A stretch of DNA of 64,000 nt from Carcharhinus longimanus. Its lineage: Eukaryota. Positions 12,690-26,140 of the stretch are shown piece by piece (position 1 is the stretch's first letter; every line of letters begins with the position of its first letter). Location: contig JASCQW010000162.1 in assembly GCA_030264375.1 (NCBI GenBank), forward strand, positions 38,676,900 to 38,740,899, in the 5' to 3' direction. The translations under genes and the position numbers were made by a program. The notes under the pieces were generated by a model. That model saw only the letters and a program-made list of their open reading frames with translations, ran no database searches and was not told the origin of the DNA.

Positions 12690-13325
12690 AGTAAAAGCAA
12701 ATATCTGCAGATACTGGAATCTGAAACCAAAAGAGAAAATGCTAGAAAATCTCAGCAGGTCTAGCTGCACCTGTAAGGAGACAAAGGAGCTGACGTTGAG
12801 TCCAGCTGACTCTGAAAAGCTAAGAAGCATAGAANNNNNNNNNNNNNNNNNNNNNNNNNNNNNNNNNNNNNNNNNNNNNNNNNNNNNNNNNNNNNNNNNN
12901 NNNNNNNNNNNNNNNNNNNNNNNNNNNNNNNNNNATAGAAAGTGGGAGATATTTATACTGCAGGGAGAGAGAAAGAAAGATGAGTCATAGCCATGGAAAC
13001 CAGGGAAAAAACACTGCTAATGTCTGTCCACAGAGATATTAAAGAGTGTGAATGGCCAAACAACATGGAAGCTAAAATGAGAGGGTAAGTTGTGACAGAT
13101 GAAGATGTTTGGGGGGAGGGGGGAAGAATGGATGGGACACAGGTAAAATTTAGAAAAGGGGAAGCAAAGGGGGAGGAAAGGTAAGGGAAGGGGGATAAAG
13201 TTGGGGGAAAGAGTTGGGGGGGGAAGAAAAATGAAAAAAGACAAGAAAGAAATAAAAGGCAGAGAACAGTAAAAAATTAAACAAAATAGAATGAAAACAA
13301 AGGGGTCAAGGTGGAGTAGAGCAGT
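12690..13325 (-). mobile_element. Penelope-like element terminal region with purine-rich body
   Basis: AAAAGCAAA...GGAATCTGAAACCAAAAGAGAAAATGCT(A/G)GAAAATCTCAGCAGGTCT, a unit recurring at about 19473, 28720, 33511, 47625 and 50395. Family call is from recognition only. Confidence 0.55.
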
Positions 13326-14254
13326 TAGATGAATTAGAGTATCTGCATTTTGGGGTCTGCTGCCTGGGCATTGTTTCATTGTAACTCTGCCCCAAGAACA
13401 GTTACATCTCAGCCAATCTATCTAAACCTCTTACGATCTTAAGCATATCTGTCAAACCACCTCTCAGATAGATTTGTTCTAGCTTAACCTATCTATCCAC
13501 ATCATTGCAATCCCTCATCCCTGGAACGATTCTTGCAAATATTTTCTGTACCCTCTCTAATGCCTTTACATCCTTCCTAAAGTGGAAGGCCAAATCATGG
13601 TAACCTGATGTCTTTCTTGTGATGGGGCTCAGTAACTTGTCATAGTGCATTGAATTGACTATCTTTCCCAAGATCATCTCCAGTGTCATTGCAACTGCAC
13701 CCATGTATACTCTCAGAGAATATTCCATTATTCACTTGCATCTTCTACATGGTGGAGATGCTTTGCAGAATCACAAGTAATATTTAGTTATTGACCTGCT
13801 CTACATGTGTGGGGCAAGGATGTTGATAGAGGGGGATTTGGTAATGCCATAGAATATCATCAAGCATCTAGGCTCTTTTGTTGAAGATGTTTTTTTTTGC
13901 CACTCTTCAGCCCCAACTTGGTCTGCTTCATTACAAGGAATTGTGCAAATAAAGCTGAATATTTATCAGCAATATTGTGTCCTTCTGATCTTATGATTCA
14001 AGGAATTTATCTCTGAGCAGCTGAAAATAGTTGGTTCCAGAATATTCTGTGAAGTTCCTGCACCAATATGTCCTCCAGACTTTAGGGCCTTGGCAGCTTT
14101 AAGGCATGGATAGCAATTAAAATCAGGAATTATTGAAACAACCATAATTAGCACAGCAGAATTATTTCAGAGGATTGTAGGGTGAGGAAATTATAGAAAT
14201 AGAAAAAGGGTGAAAGCAGTCACTCAGCAATTACATAATTTCTAAAGTATTTCC

Positions 14255-14600
14255 ATCTAATGTAAAAATATAGCAGCTGATTTTTGAACAGCATGTTTCC
14301 ACAAACAGCAATATGATCATGACTAGATAATCTGTTTTGTAATGTTGATTGAGGGATACATTTCAGCAAGGATACAGGAGATTTCAAAATAGTGACATGG
14401 GATCTTTTATATCCACCTAAGGGGGCAGACAGGACCTTGGTTTAATGTCTCATCCAAAAGATGGCAGCTCCAACAGTACAGAAATCCCTCAGTACTGGAT
14501 AGTCAGCCTTGATTTTTGTACTCAAGTCCTGGAGTGGGACTCGAATTCCAAAACATCAGACCTGAGAGGAGAGTACTACCAACTGAGCCATGGCTGAACA
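14255..14600 (-). mobile_element. DeuSINE (SacSINE1/AmnSINE-like)
   Basis: Minus-strand tRNA-like head (AGCCATGGCTCAGTTGGTAG...TCGAGTCCCACTCCAGG) and a Deu-like core TTTTGGATGAGACATTAAACCAAGG. Related copies at about 16765-17180, 44250-44510 and 53725-54070. Confidence 0.7.
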
Positions 14601-14944
14601 TAGCAACTACCAGAGCAAACGCCAGCAAGTTAATATGAAAGAAACAACAGGAATTGTGACAATAAATTAATGGAGAATGGGCATCAGAAATTAATAGAGA
14701 AGTGGTGGAATTAATAAATTATGTAACAGGTAGTCAATTAACAGACTAGCAGGCACACTACCAAATAAATGACATCCAGTAAGTTAGTCAATTTCAGTTA
14801 TAATTAGTAAATGAATAAACTTATACAGCCACATACCTCCAGTGCATCAATAAATGAAGAGCAGCATATCAATAATTTAATATAGAAGTGCCTCAATTAA
14901 ATGAAATAAATGATGCAGCAGTGAGCAACTGCAAACTGAAAAGG

Positions 14945-14950
14945 TTTATT
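14945..14950 (-). terminator. Candidate distal poly(A) signal of SLC33A1
   Basis: AATAAA on the minus strand at the end of a long, repeat-poor, AT-rich stretch that begins at the stop codon. Confidence 0.35.
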
Positions 14951-17244
14951 GGCAGGTACTAATGAATTCATAACTGGATACATCAAATATTAAATGCATG
15001 GAGAAGCTGATTATACTTTGCCTGTGGCATATGTGAAAAGTGTCCATATTCAGGTATTTGATCAATTGCCATGACCCTTGACACAAAAATATACATTTGT
15101 ACATGCATGTAAAAGCCCGACTCCTTTCAATGTTCTTCCAAACAGTCATGAATAAATAATTAATCTAAAACTGAAATTTTAAAAATCCTTTGATAGTAAT
15201 TGCACAGAAATAGGGATAGGAATATGGACAAAATAAATACTTCCTAAACACTAAAAGCCCATGTTCCCACAAAATAAATATTTAATTTAAAAGCTGAAAA
15301 ATTCACTTTTGAAACTGCAACACATTAAAATGTGTTTTAAACATCTCAAAAACTGAGAAATAAACTGGGGAAAATGCAATATAGACATGCTTACAATAAT
15401 GTATTTCAAATTAGATCTCTGAATTATTAATTTAAGATCAAAAAATATACTCTACATAAGGTTGATATTTTGTGACATGCTTTGTCTTGAAGTAGATAGA
15501 GCTGGGTGGCATTCAAAACAGAAGACACCATGGATTGAGTTAGGGGAAAATCTAAATTTTGCTCAGAGTTAGATGGAGACAGAAAATGCAATGTAGAGTG
15601 GTTCTTTTCATCTGACATAATTGTAGAGGAGACAGGAATCTGGCAATTGGTATAAGGTATGTGAAATTTGCCTCTTTAATGTTTTCGTGGAATCTGTTGG
15701 CAATGCTGGGAAGAGAAAAAGAGTGTAGGCCTACAAACACTGGTCCGAGAAAATCTCATGTCTGCTACAATTGGTTTGTGATTTCCAAGAGATTACTTAA
15801 CATTGAATTTTGTTTTTCTAATTACTTCCTGAATGTCAACTACGTTTGTGTCACACATGAGCTCAAAACATACTAAATTCTGTCAACATCAACAAATTCT
15901 AACACAAAGAGCCTATTTAAAAGGTGAATAGACTTAATCTGAAAAAGCTTTTTAAAATCTATCCTTGGTTTTTCTTTAATTTTCAGAACAGTTGTAGCTA
16001 AAAACTACCAAAAACCAAATAAAAATATGTCAGCAATTCAGAAGATTAAATAGTATCACAGTGCACCAAAGGCAATTAGGTAGATTGAATTGGTTAATAT
16101 CTCAAAGTACAATTAGCCTTTGGCAAATTATATTGTCCAAATCAAGAGCTCTGGGAGAGGCTAAGGTTTTCATGGAATAATTTTAGTGGAGACATTAGAA
16201 GATACAAAGACAAAGCAAACATTGCTAACCAAATAAAACAAAAGTGTTCCAATCTGATTTTGAATGAGAGAAATTTTAGCAACTCGAAATGCAGGGTATT
16301 TTTCATTACCACCTTAAATGCACATACACTGCAGCCATGTTAGCTAATAGTCACACACTGTGATTGAACACTGAAATTCCTATTAGACTGCCAGATATTG
16401 CTACAGGAAAATGTTGATCATTTAATTTTAGAATGCCAATAGAAAATGTTTGCTCAGGAGTTTAAATGGGAGTATGTAACCCATACAAGAATTGAAAAGT
16501 TTGAATTTAATGTGTGTTGGCACTAATCAGAACACTGCACAGTTAAACTGGATAAATAAATAGAATAATTCATTCAAACAATTACGTTTTGTCTTTATGA
16601 TTTAGAATGATCAAATACAAAAACTAAAAAAATCAAAATGTAAAACGCAACACAAATTGTGCAAACCAGGTCATTACGTACAGGTCAACTTTAAATAAAG
16701 TTAACAAGCAACTTAGTTGATCAAAATATTTGAGATTTTATGCTTGCAAACATTTCCAAAAATAATTTGCATTTATATAATGTCTCATCACATCCGGGTG
16801 CCACAAAGCAGCTCAATCAATACATTATTTTTTCCATTCTTATGTAGCCAGTTGTAGTAGGTTTGCACACAGCAATAAGCAATAAACAGATACTAAGTTG
16901 AATAACCAGTTCAACTGCTCTTGGTAGTTTTGGTTGGTGGAGGAATTTTGGTTGGAACACTGGAAAACTCCATATTCTTCTTCAGATCATGCCATAGAAT
17001 TTCCTCAGCCACCTCAACAGGATGTCTGCTCAGCAAGTTATTCAAAACTTGCATTTCTATTGCTGTACTAAAATTTTAGGCCACTCAAGTCCTAGACAGG
17101 AACGTGAACCCACCACCTTTTGATTTCAATCTATTACAACTGGATGATGTCCCTTTGATATAACTGAATCAATACTGACAACGCCCAGTTGCAACACAAG
17201 CCTTCATTTTAATTTGTTAACACACAACACAAAATTAAAAGAAT

Positions 17245-17250
17245 TTTATT
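17245..17250 (-). terminator. Candidate proximal poly(A) signal of SLC33A1
   Basis: AATAAA on the minus strand followed by a T/GT-rich tract, about 1.35 kb after the stop codon. Confidence 0.45.
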
Positions 17251-18591
17251 TACAATAAGGGCTACAGACAAATTGGATTACTTTAAATGTTACCCTTGTT
17301 GTACAGATTGCAAACTTTAATTTGGCTAGTACAGTTCTTCTGATTTTCTGCAAGTCTCATTTGATGCAACTTTTTCCCACTTTATTGTATGTGATAGAAT
17401 GCATGAATGCTTACAAGCAGGGCATCAAAGTTTAACCCTTGGGGCAACAGAAGTATGTAATTATTGACCGCATTTGATTGAATGTACTATTAAACAACTG
17501 GCTCAACATTACAAAAATTAAGCACCGAGGATAATTTTCACCTTCACCGTTTAGGGTGTAAACTGGTAGACTACACCCATTTTATTTAGCAGGCCAGCAA
17601 TCAGCTATTTATCATCCAAGCGATGAAACTGAAAAATACCCACACTGTTTCTGCTTTGAACATTATTGAAAGCTCCATGGTCATTTCCTCTGATGTGCTA
17701 GGAGGGGCCAATAATTGTCAAATGAAGTTAAAAATTTCTGTAATAGTATCTATCAATGAAGCTTATTCACATACTAATGTAATCAAGTGTGCAGCAAAAT
17801 ATATCAGAATGCACAGTTACTTTTTAGCCCAGCCTATTTCATCATTTTGGTCTTTAGAATGTATTGCATTAATAAGGAATGTTGCCCTTTGAAGTACACA
17901 ATGGATTAAATGAGACACTTATGAAACACTGATATTCAGCAAAGCAATGGTTGAAATCTTTTAGCTAGGTATGATAAAATATTATCTACTAGCAACTCAA
18001 AAATACTATACAACATCATTTCAGTTATGTTTTGAGATGGCCTTTTCCTCTTCCAGGACAAAAATCTAATGACAATGCTTTTCAATAAAGGGTCAAATGT
18101 TTTGCGTACAGGGTATCAAAGTGCCACAGACAAGGATCTATAGCTCTAATATGCAAAAAGCAAAGGCCATTTAAAATACACTGTAAAACTGCAAATTAAA
18201 TTCTCCAGGAAAAAGTGTTATTAAAGAGCTACAATTTCCAATTTACAAAATGATCTGCTGGTTAAATAAAGCAAATTAAATTATACGAGTTACCTGCATC
18301 TCACAGAAAAGTAAGAAAATATAGTGATCTGTTTTATATGGCACTTGAAACAATGCAAGTTGATCTCTACCTATGGAGTGAGTGATATTGCATAGGTAGT
18401 TTTTACTCTAACCAAAGCAAGCAAAAAAGCCTAATCAAAATTAGTACTATACATACAATCACCACTTGTAATAACCATAGTCAAAATAACATTTATAAAA
18501 CTGAATAAAATCCATATTTTGTATGATTCCCTTCAAAACTGGTCAACAGATCTCAATTTAATTAAACTCCAAAAGTACATTCATCGAGACC

Positions 18592-18759
18592 TCAATTATT
18601 CCTCTTGCACTGCCACGTGGATGGGTGCTCATCCTGCAGATTTCTGAATCTATTTCCACAGCGGAGCCACCATGTGAGCCCAATAACAATGCACAATACA
18701 GATTCCACAAAGTAGCCATCAGTTGTGGTTGAACATGAACCACCAGATTTTGCACAAAA
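18592..18759 (-). CDS. SLC33A1: SLC33A1 last coding exon (FCAKSGGSCSTTTDGYFVESVLCIVIG...WQCKRNN*)
   Basis: cacacag| acceptor after a 133-nt intron, TGA at 18594-18592. Total CDS 1632 nt = 543 aa plus stop. C-terminus resembles human WKCKRNN. Confidence 0.96.
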   Translation of the reverse strand, partial: FCAKSGGSCSTTTDGYFVESVLCIVIGLTWWLRCGNRFRNLQDEHPSTWQCKRNN

Positions 18760-18892
18760 CTGTGTGGGGTAAAAAAAAGTTGGAGAATTAATGTTTCAAT
18801 TATACCAACAGGAAATTGATCACATTTGAAAGACAACTACACAAATCATAGTATAGATCAAGCACTTCCAGTTTTGGAAAATGAAAACTCAC

Positions 18893-19108
18893 TTCAGAAT
18901 CAATTGCAGATTTACAACTTCGTTCAGGTGCACCTATGCACTTCTTGACTGTAAGCGGGTCCACCATCCAAAGAGCTAATGTAGCCGGCCAGTTTCCAGC
19001 AAGATTAGAAATAGTATTCAACAGAGTCATGTACGTTCCTCCAATTGAAGGATCACTAATTTTGGCATTAAATGCCATGACTGCAACATATATGCTATAA
19101 ACAGTCAC
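18893..19108 (-). CDS. SLC33A1: SLC33A1 coding exon 5 (VTVYSIYVAVMAFNAKISDPSIGGTYMTLLNT...CKSAIDSE)
   Basis: cctttag| acceptor, GAA|gtgagt donor, 216 nt. Signature SDPxIGGTYMTLLNT. Confidence 0.97.
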
Positions 19109-21494
19109 CTAAAGGAAGAGGATATTAAAAAAAAATCTCAGTAACATGATAGACAAATAGTTCAATGTAATTCCAAGTAAATTGTGTTGTTAAAACTCTG
19201 TAATGGACTTTAGATAAGAAAGATCAGCAAAAGCTACAATTTATTTTTAACTGGAGCCTTGTAAAAAAAACTTCGAAGATATTTATTTACACAGCTTTAT
19301 TTGGAAGTGAATATTGAAATCAAATNNNNNNNNNNNNNNNNNNNNNNNNNNNNNNNNNNNNNNNNNNNNNNNNNNNNNNNNNNNNNNNNNNNNNNNNNNN
19401 NNNNNNNNNNNNNNNNNNNNNNNNNNNNNNNNNNNNNNNNNNNNNNNNNNNNNNNNNNNNNNNNNNNNNNNNATCTGAAACAAAAACAGAAAATGCTGAA
19501 AAATCTCAACAGGTCTGACAGCATCTGTGGAGAGAGAACAGAGCCAATGTTTCGAGCCTGGATGACCTTTTGTCAGACTCAAAATGTTGGTTCTTTTTTC
19601 TCAAAATTTAATGCGAAGTGTTAAGTATTGCACATAGGAAGAAAAAGTGGAACATCCATATTTCCTGAATGGTACTAAATTTAAAAAGATTAATGAACAT
19701 CATGGAAAAGGTTAATCCAGACTACTCTTCAAAACACGGAAGTGGGACACGCAAAGTGACCGACACTTTGAATGTATTTCCGCACACAGTGGAGAGGAAA
19801 TATCTTGGAATGATATAATAAAAGTTAGATGCAGCAGTATGAAAAATACAAGTTTATAATCAATGAATTAGATTCATTCGGGCAAAAATCATAATTCCAT
19901 AAACAATTGATCAAGTGTTGAGTATAACCCCTCTAATCTTTCAATTCAAGTACTGCCTCAAATATCTCTAAACGACAATGTACAAAAACTTGAAATATCT
20001 CTAATCTCTTCAACTATGTAGAATATAGGGTTTGAAACATATACAATCTACATAAAAATGATTAAGATAGGCCCAAAATATTTCTAATGATAATGTTACT
20101 TTGCTGTCTAACTATCTTTTTACAAATTCACTTGTGAAGTTTCTCCTATTTGAACTCATCTCTGCAGCACAAGGTAAACATACAGTAACAAAATTCAAGT
20201 CTAACGCACCTCTAACTAGATGACATTAGATGCACAAGTAGGACAATGACTGTCAATTTCCCCTCTTGGAATAAGATGAAGATGATTTACAGATTTACCT
20301 TCCCATAGATTTCTCCAGTGAGATTCAGAACAAATCAAGTCATAACATTCACCAGACCCACACTGAATTTGATCAAAGTTTATTCAGTAGGCATTAATCT
20401 ATATCTAGCTGTGAGGTACCTTTACCCAAATTGAAATGTCAATTCAACAGCATGATCATTTGTTTATGGAATTATAACTAATTTTAAGCTTGGACATATC
20501 AACAGATACATCATCATAGAATCCCTACTGTGCAGAATGAGGCCATTCGACCCATCAAAACTTCACCAACCATATTTCCCACCCAGGTTCTATTCCCGTA
20601 ACCCCAGATATTAACCTTGCTAATCCCCTTGATACCAAGAGCCTGATTTTACCATGAAGTTGTGCTCGTTTTCAGGCACACAAACTTGATAAAGTCAGGC
20701 GTGAAGTGAGTAGCGCAATCCATGCTGGTTCCCCCTTCATCAAGGCCTGAAAACAGCCACAATTGGGATTGCGCCTGAAATGGGGGCGACGGCCATTTAA
20801 ATTGACTTAATGGTTGCATACTCAACCTTACCAGGACTTCCCTCTTTACCACTGCATTTGCCCATCCAAAATCAGCGTGGAACAGACATACTCCACCAAA
20901 GTCCGATTCCAGTTAGTGAGGAAGTTCCCGAGATTAATGAGGGGGTGGGGGTTCTGCTGCCACTTTGCCTGTGATCGTCTTGGGGGGGGGGGGGGGGGGG
21001 GGTTGGTTTAGTNNNNNNNNNNNNNNNNNNNNNNNNNNNNNNNNNNNNNNNNNNNNNNNNNNNNNNNNNNNNNNNNNNNNNNNNNNNNNNNNNNNNNNNN
21101 NNNNNNNNNNNNGAGGGGGGTGTTGGTTTAGTCTGGGTGGTGGATAGGGTGGGGGGTATAAAGAGGTCAGTAATGTTGTGGTGGTGGGGCATTGACTATG
21201 GGGGCCAGGGAGAGGCATCTGACTCAGGAGCGATGTGGCAGGGGAGCCGCATTCTATCATTTTGTTTCTGCATATGCACAGTTTAAGGCAATGATCGGTA
21301 CTGCAGGTTTTCGGGTGTGTTAAACCCCACCCCACAGACTTCTGTAGCGTGATTCAGAATTGCTGATATTTTTTTCAGGCAAAGTGCATATGAGGATGCC
21401 TGAGAATGGTTCCAAAAGTCAGATCTAAAACACCCCCAGTTTCAAGTGTGCCCAGCACTTAGAATCAAATGGTAAAATAAGGCCTCAAAGGTCA

Positions 21495-21668
21495 ATTTGG
21501 CATGGCCAATCAACCTAACCTGCACATCTTTGGACTGGAGGAGGAAACTGGAGCACCCGGAGGAAACCCACCAGACAAGGGGAGAATGTGCAAACTCCAT
21601 TCCAAGGTCGAAACTGAATCCGGGTGCCTGTCGCTGTGAGGCAGTAGTGCTAACCACTGTGCCGCCCT
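21495..21668 (-). mobile_element. HE1-like SINE, 5' half
   Basis: Reverse complement of the head and core. Confidence 0.85.
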
Positions 21669-21927
21669 ATGTTGTCAGTATCAGTTGCTGACAAAGAAAA
21701 ACAAATCTGTGTGCACAGAATTCTGGCTACTAACTACAGTTAAATCTTAACTGTTAATAGAGCAACAAGATTATATTGGAACAATAACCTCCAGTTCTTA
21801 TTTTCTAATCCAATCCAGCTCTGTTTATTTTTTATAATGTCAACAGGATGTTCGCAACTCCTTTGGAAAAGGACACCAGGGACTATCCCAAGGTTCAGAT
21901 ATCTTTTATCATAATGAATACACCCAC

Positions 21928-22045
21928 CTGATGCAAGGCATAACTGAGCAGCAGTACTCCATAATAATAAACAGGAAATTCTGTGCCCTGTTTCACCATA
22001 GGAGTCCAAAAAACCACTAAAGCAAATATCATGCCCATAAATAAC
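21928..22045 (-). CDS. SLC33A1: SLC33A1 coding exon 4 (LFMGMIFALVVFWTPMVKQGTEFPVYYYGVLLLSYALHQ)
   Basis: tttacag| acceptor, CAG|gtgggt donor, 118 nt, restores phase 0. Confidence 0.96.
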
Positions 22046-22852
22046 CTGTAAAGGAGAAATGCAGTCAATACTATTTTAATTAACATAAAGTATCAATATA
22101 GTCTCTGGAGTGAGTACATAAACATTAACAAAATTACATTAATATTGTAACAGTTCACAAAATACTCACTGATTAACATTCACTGTATATTCCAATTCAA
22201 CATAGAATTATAGTCAAGGTAAATATTTTGAGCTGAGGCTATAATAAGCTTCCATTCATACAGTCGTAAGATATTCATTTTTATACATTAGTTTATTAGA
22301 ATACATAATGGTTCACTTACAGAAAGATTCTGCAACCTATTTGATACAAAGCTAAAAATGGAAAATGGAGTAGGATTTCTAAGGGGATTCTCCCTATCTC
22401 CTGCCATAACTTTGATAAAACACAGACAGATGCCCTGACAATATGGCACAAAATTCATTTATACAATTTCTGCTGATACTATCGAAGGAGATTAAGCAAA
22501 TCCCCATGGAAGTTCCAGAAAAATACATCCATTATCATTAGGGAGACATATCCATACAAATGCACAAGATTTTATTACCAGATCTATTTACTGGTTTGTT
22601 TTATTCATTATGTTACAGGCTGCTACCATTAAGCACCAGTAGTCATCTGGTGGCTGTTGTTCATAGTTGGGGTAAACCTCATAGTTCCCAGGAGATAAGG
22701 TATACAATTCAATGGGAATAAAAATGCATGTTTTTACTAGCAGTCCCATCACTCCAGCTGTGAATGGTGGTAGAGAATTACACAACTCACTGGAGCTGAC
22801 TCCTCAATTATCCCATTAATATCCCTTATTGCAAATAATTCTACGTGCAAAC

Positions 22853-23093
22853 TCTGTGTGGAGTTTGCACATACTCCTCGTGTCTGTGTGGGTTTCCTCT
22901 GGGTGCTTCGCTTTCGTCCCACAGTCCACAGATGTGTGGGTTAGGTTGATTAGCCATGCTAAAATTGCCCCTTAGTGTCCTGAGATTATCAGGTAAATAT
23001 ATAGGGATATGGGGGTAGGGCCTGGGTGGGATTGTGGTCGGTGCAGACTCAATGGGCCAGATGGCCTCTTTCTGCACTTTAGGATTTCTATGA
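22853..23093 (+). mobile_element. HE1-like SINE, 5'-truncated
   Basis: Core and tail match the other copies. Confidence 0.85.
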
Positions 23094-23419
23094 TCCCCAT
23101 CTTCAATGATGGGGGAGCTCAAAACGTTAGTGCTAAAGATGAGGCTGAGCAAATTTGCTACAATCTTCAGCCAGAGGTGCCATGTGCATATTCTGTCTCG
23201 GCCTCCTGCAGTATCACAGATGCCAGTCTTCAGCTCCAGGTGACATGACGCGTAGACTGACAGCACTGGATACTGCAAAGGCTATGAGACTTGACAATAT
23301 TTTGTCAATCGTATTGAAGACTTGGATAAGCACATCCATAAGTACGTAAGAACAACAAAAAAGTATATTTGAATCCTTAATTTTGAGCCTTACCCCCTTT
23401 CAATTGAAACAAAAATTAC

Positions 23420-23604
23420 CTGAATGGCATTGCCCAGTAAAAGACATTTAGAGGTTTTGGACCTGCTGTGTATTTGCTTATCACAAATGGTAATAATATT
23501 TGCAGAGGAACCATAGGCACAGCAAGGATAGCCAACTGTTCTTTAGGCACACCTAATTCAACCAACTTTAATCCAGTTACTTCATCAGCAGCTGAGAATC
23601 CAAT
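23420..23604 (-). CDS. SLC33A1: SLC33A1 coding exon 3 (IGFSAADEVTGLKLVELGVPKEQLAILAVPMVPLQILLP...YWAMPFR)
   Basis: ttacag| acceptor, AG|gtaatt donor, 185 nt. AT-1 motif IGFSAADxVTGLKLVE. Confidence 0.96.
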
Positions 23605-24229
23605 CTGTAAACATACATGTTCAGTGAAAACTTAATTTAGTCTATAAAAAATTCTTCAGATTTAAAAACATATCTTAACTTGCAATCCATTCTAAAAATA
23701 ACCTTTCCTAAATGAAACAGTAAATATTTAGTTACACAAATTTGTGACTCCAAAAGGCACAATTTAATAAATTGATTACATCAGATCACCTCCCAGAGTC
23801 ATCATGCTATGACATGCACGTATTTCAGCAACTGCTCTTATATTTTGCCTAGTTTTTCTTTCATTTTAATGGTCGTCTAGTGATAGTTAAGTAAATTTCC
23901 AATGACATCACTAGTTATAGAATGGAATTTGGGTGACCAATGGTAAAATTATTTTCCAAGTGTCAACAGGTCATTGATTACACAGATTGTATGAAATATG
24001 TTATGACAATATAATTATAGTTTAACATTATTCTTTCATGAAACGTGTGTCTTGGCTAGGCCAGCACTCATATTGCCCATCCTTAATTATAGGCAGTTGT
24101 ATCAATTATATATTGCTAGTTGTGTATATACATTATAATTACATATGGCTAAATTACTCACAGGAAATAGGTGAATAAAAGACAGGTATTTTTAAGTTGA
24201 TCTTTCTCTCATTTAAGTATTGACTTTAA

Positions 24230-26140
24230 AACTTTTTAATATAAAATGCAAAAAATAGCATAGATCCTGGCAACTGGGAAGAATGCAAACAGCAGCAAAG
24301 AGTAGTGAAACAGACCATAAGAGCTACAAAGGGGAAGTATCTAAAAGGAATTTGCAAGAAATATCAATATCAACATAATTTTTTAATAATTATATTTGAA
24401 CAGAGTGATCAGAGACCACTTGAGGACTGATAATTATAATGTTCTCAGTGAAAATAAGGAAATAGTTAGCATGTTGAACAACTATTTTGCACCAGACATC
24501 AGCATGCTGAACATATCAAGGAATCGAAATATGTTTTAGGGATGGAGACTCACCAGAATTAACACAAGTAAAAAAACAGTAATGAAGAAAATAATGCTGC
24601 AAACAATCTCCAGGATCAGATGATTTCCATCCCAGGGTTTTAAAGGAAGAATGTGATAACATTGCAAGTTCCCCAAATACAATCTCCCAAAGCACTCTCA
24701 ATTCAGGAATTATTCCTTTTGATTGGCAAATTGCTCATGGCACTCAAAGAAAAGTGACAGTTGGCATAACTTTGTCATGAAATTGTTAGAGTCTATAATT
24801 AAGGAGAGGGCATTCAATCACCTTGAGTGTTTTCAGCTGATGAGAAACAGCACAGATTTGAGGGTAGGTTACGCTTGGCGAACCTGATTGAATTTTTGAG
24901 GAATGCTTAAGGATATTATTTATATAGACTTCAGAAGGAATTTGATAAAGTCCCTCATGAGCTAAAATTGAAGTCCATAGAATTGAAGGAAAATAAAGAC
25001 CTGGTTAGGAAATTGGCTGTGCAAAAGGACACAAGAAATAGGGAGATTGGGCATGTACTCTAATTGCATATTGTGATTAGCAATGTCCCCCAAAGATCTG
25101 TGTTGGGGCCTATTATGCCTAAATTTGCTGATGGCATAAAAAGGGGCAGCATTATAATAGCATAGATGGAAGAGATAATAATAAAGGGCAAAATCATTTT
25201 AAATGTAGGTAAATGGGCAGAGTAGTGGCACAGTAGTTAGCAGTGCTGCCTCACAGTGTCAGGGACCTGAGTTCGATTCCCAGCATGGATTATTGTCTGT
25301 GTGAAATTTGCATGCTTTTCCCGTGTCTGTGTGGGTTTTCTCCGGGTGCTCCGGTTTCCTCCCACAGTGTGAAAGATGTGCTTGTTTGGTGCATTGACCC
25401 GAACAGGTGACCCGAATGTGGCAACTAGGGGAATTTCACAGTAACCTCATTGCAGTGTTAATGTAAGCCTTACTTGTGACTAATTAGTAAATAAAATAAA
25501 ATGCAAGGTCATCCATATAGAAAATGTTATGAACAGGTTCAAAAAAAATCAATAAGGCTATATGAATGTTGGCCTTTATATCTCTGATTACAATACAATG
25601 GGAGTAAAAGTTATAATTCAGCTGTACAATTAGACCACATTTGGATATTGCGTTTACTTCTGTGCATCATACTCTGGAAATGATTTATTGGCCTTGGAAG
25701 GAGTGTAATGTAAATTTACAGGAATTATATTTTAATCCATGGAGTTAAGGTATGTTGAAGGATTACACCAACAAGAAGTTGAAATTTAGAATGAAGAGGT
25801 GATATTATCAAGGTTTTCAAGGTACTAAGAGGAACAGATGGGGTAAATGGAGAGAAACTTTTTCCATTGTTTGGGGAACCTGAATCTAGGCTAAAATTTA
25901 GAGCCAGTTTTTTTCAGGAGCAAAATTAACATTTTTATGCAAGAGAGGTGTTCTTTTCCACAAACCTATGCTCGATCCATTGTAACTTTAAATCTGACTT
26001 TGACAGGCTTTTGTTCACGAAAGATATTGAAGGTTATGTAGTAACTGTGGGCATATTGAGTTAAGTTGAAGATCAGACATGATCTTACAATGGCAGAAAT
26101 GATTTGAAGGGCTAAATGGCCTACTCCTATTTCTATTGTT
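24230..26140 (+). mobile_element. Decayed CR1 LINE ORF2 with a nested SINE
   Basis: Remnants resembling SPGxDxFHPRVLK, IYIDFxKxFDKVPH and VPQxSVLGP, plus a CR1 tail aatggcctactcct. Confidence 0.7.
25215..25500 (+). mobile_element. V-SINE with HE1-like head and core but a different 3' tail
   Basis: Tail CACAGTAAC(C/T)TCATTGCAGTGTTAATGTAAGCCT(T)ACTTGTGAC..AATAAA, also seen at about 432-490 and 8112-8180. Confidence 0.8.

Noticed and set aside
20979-21160. Poly-G tract as a G-quadruplex regulatory element
   Set aside because: It borders an assembly gap within a probable GC-rich repeat, so its length and context are unreliable.
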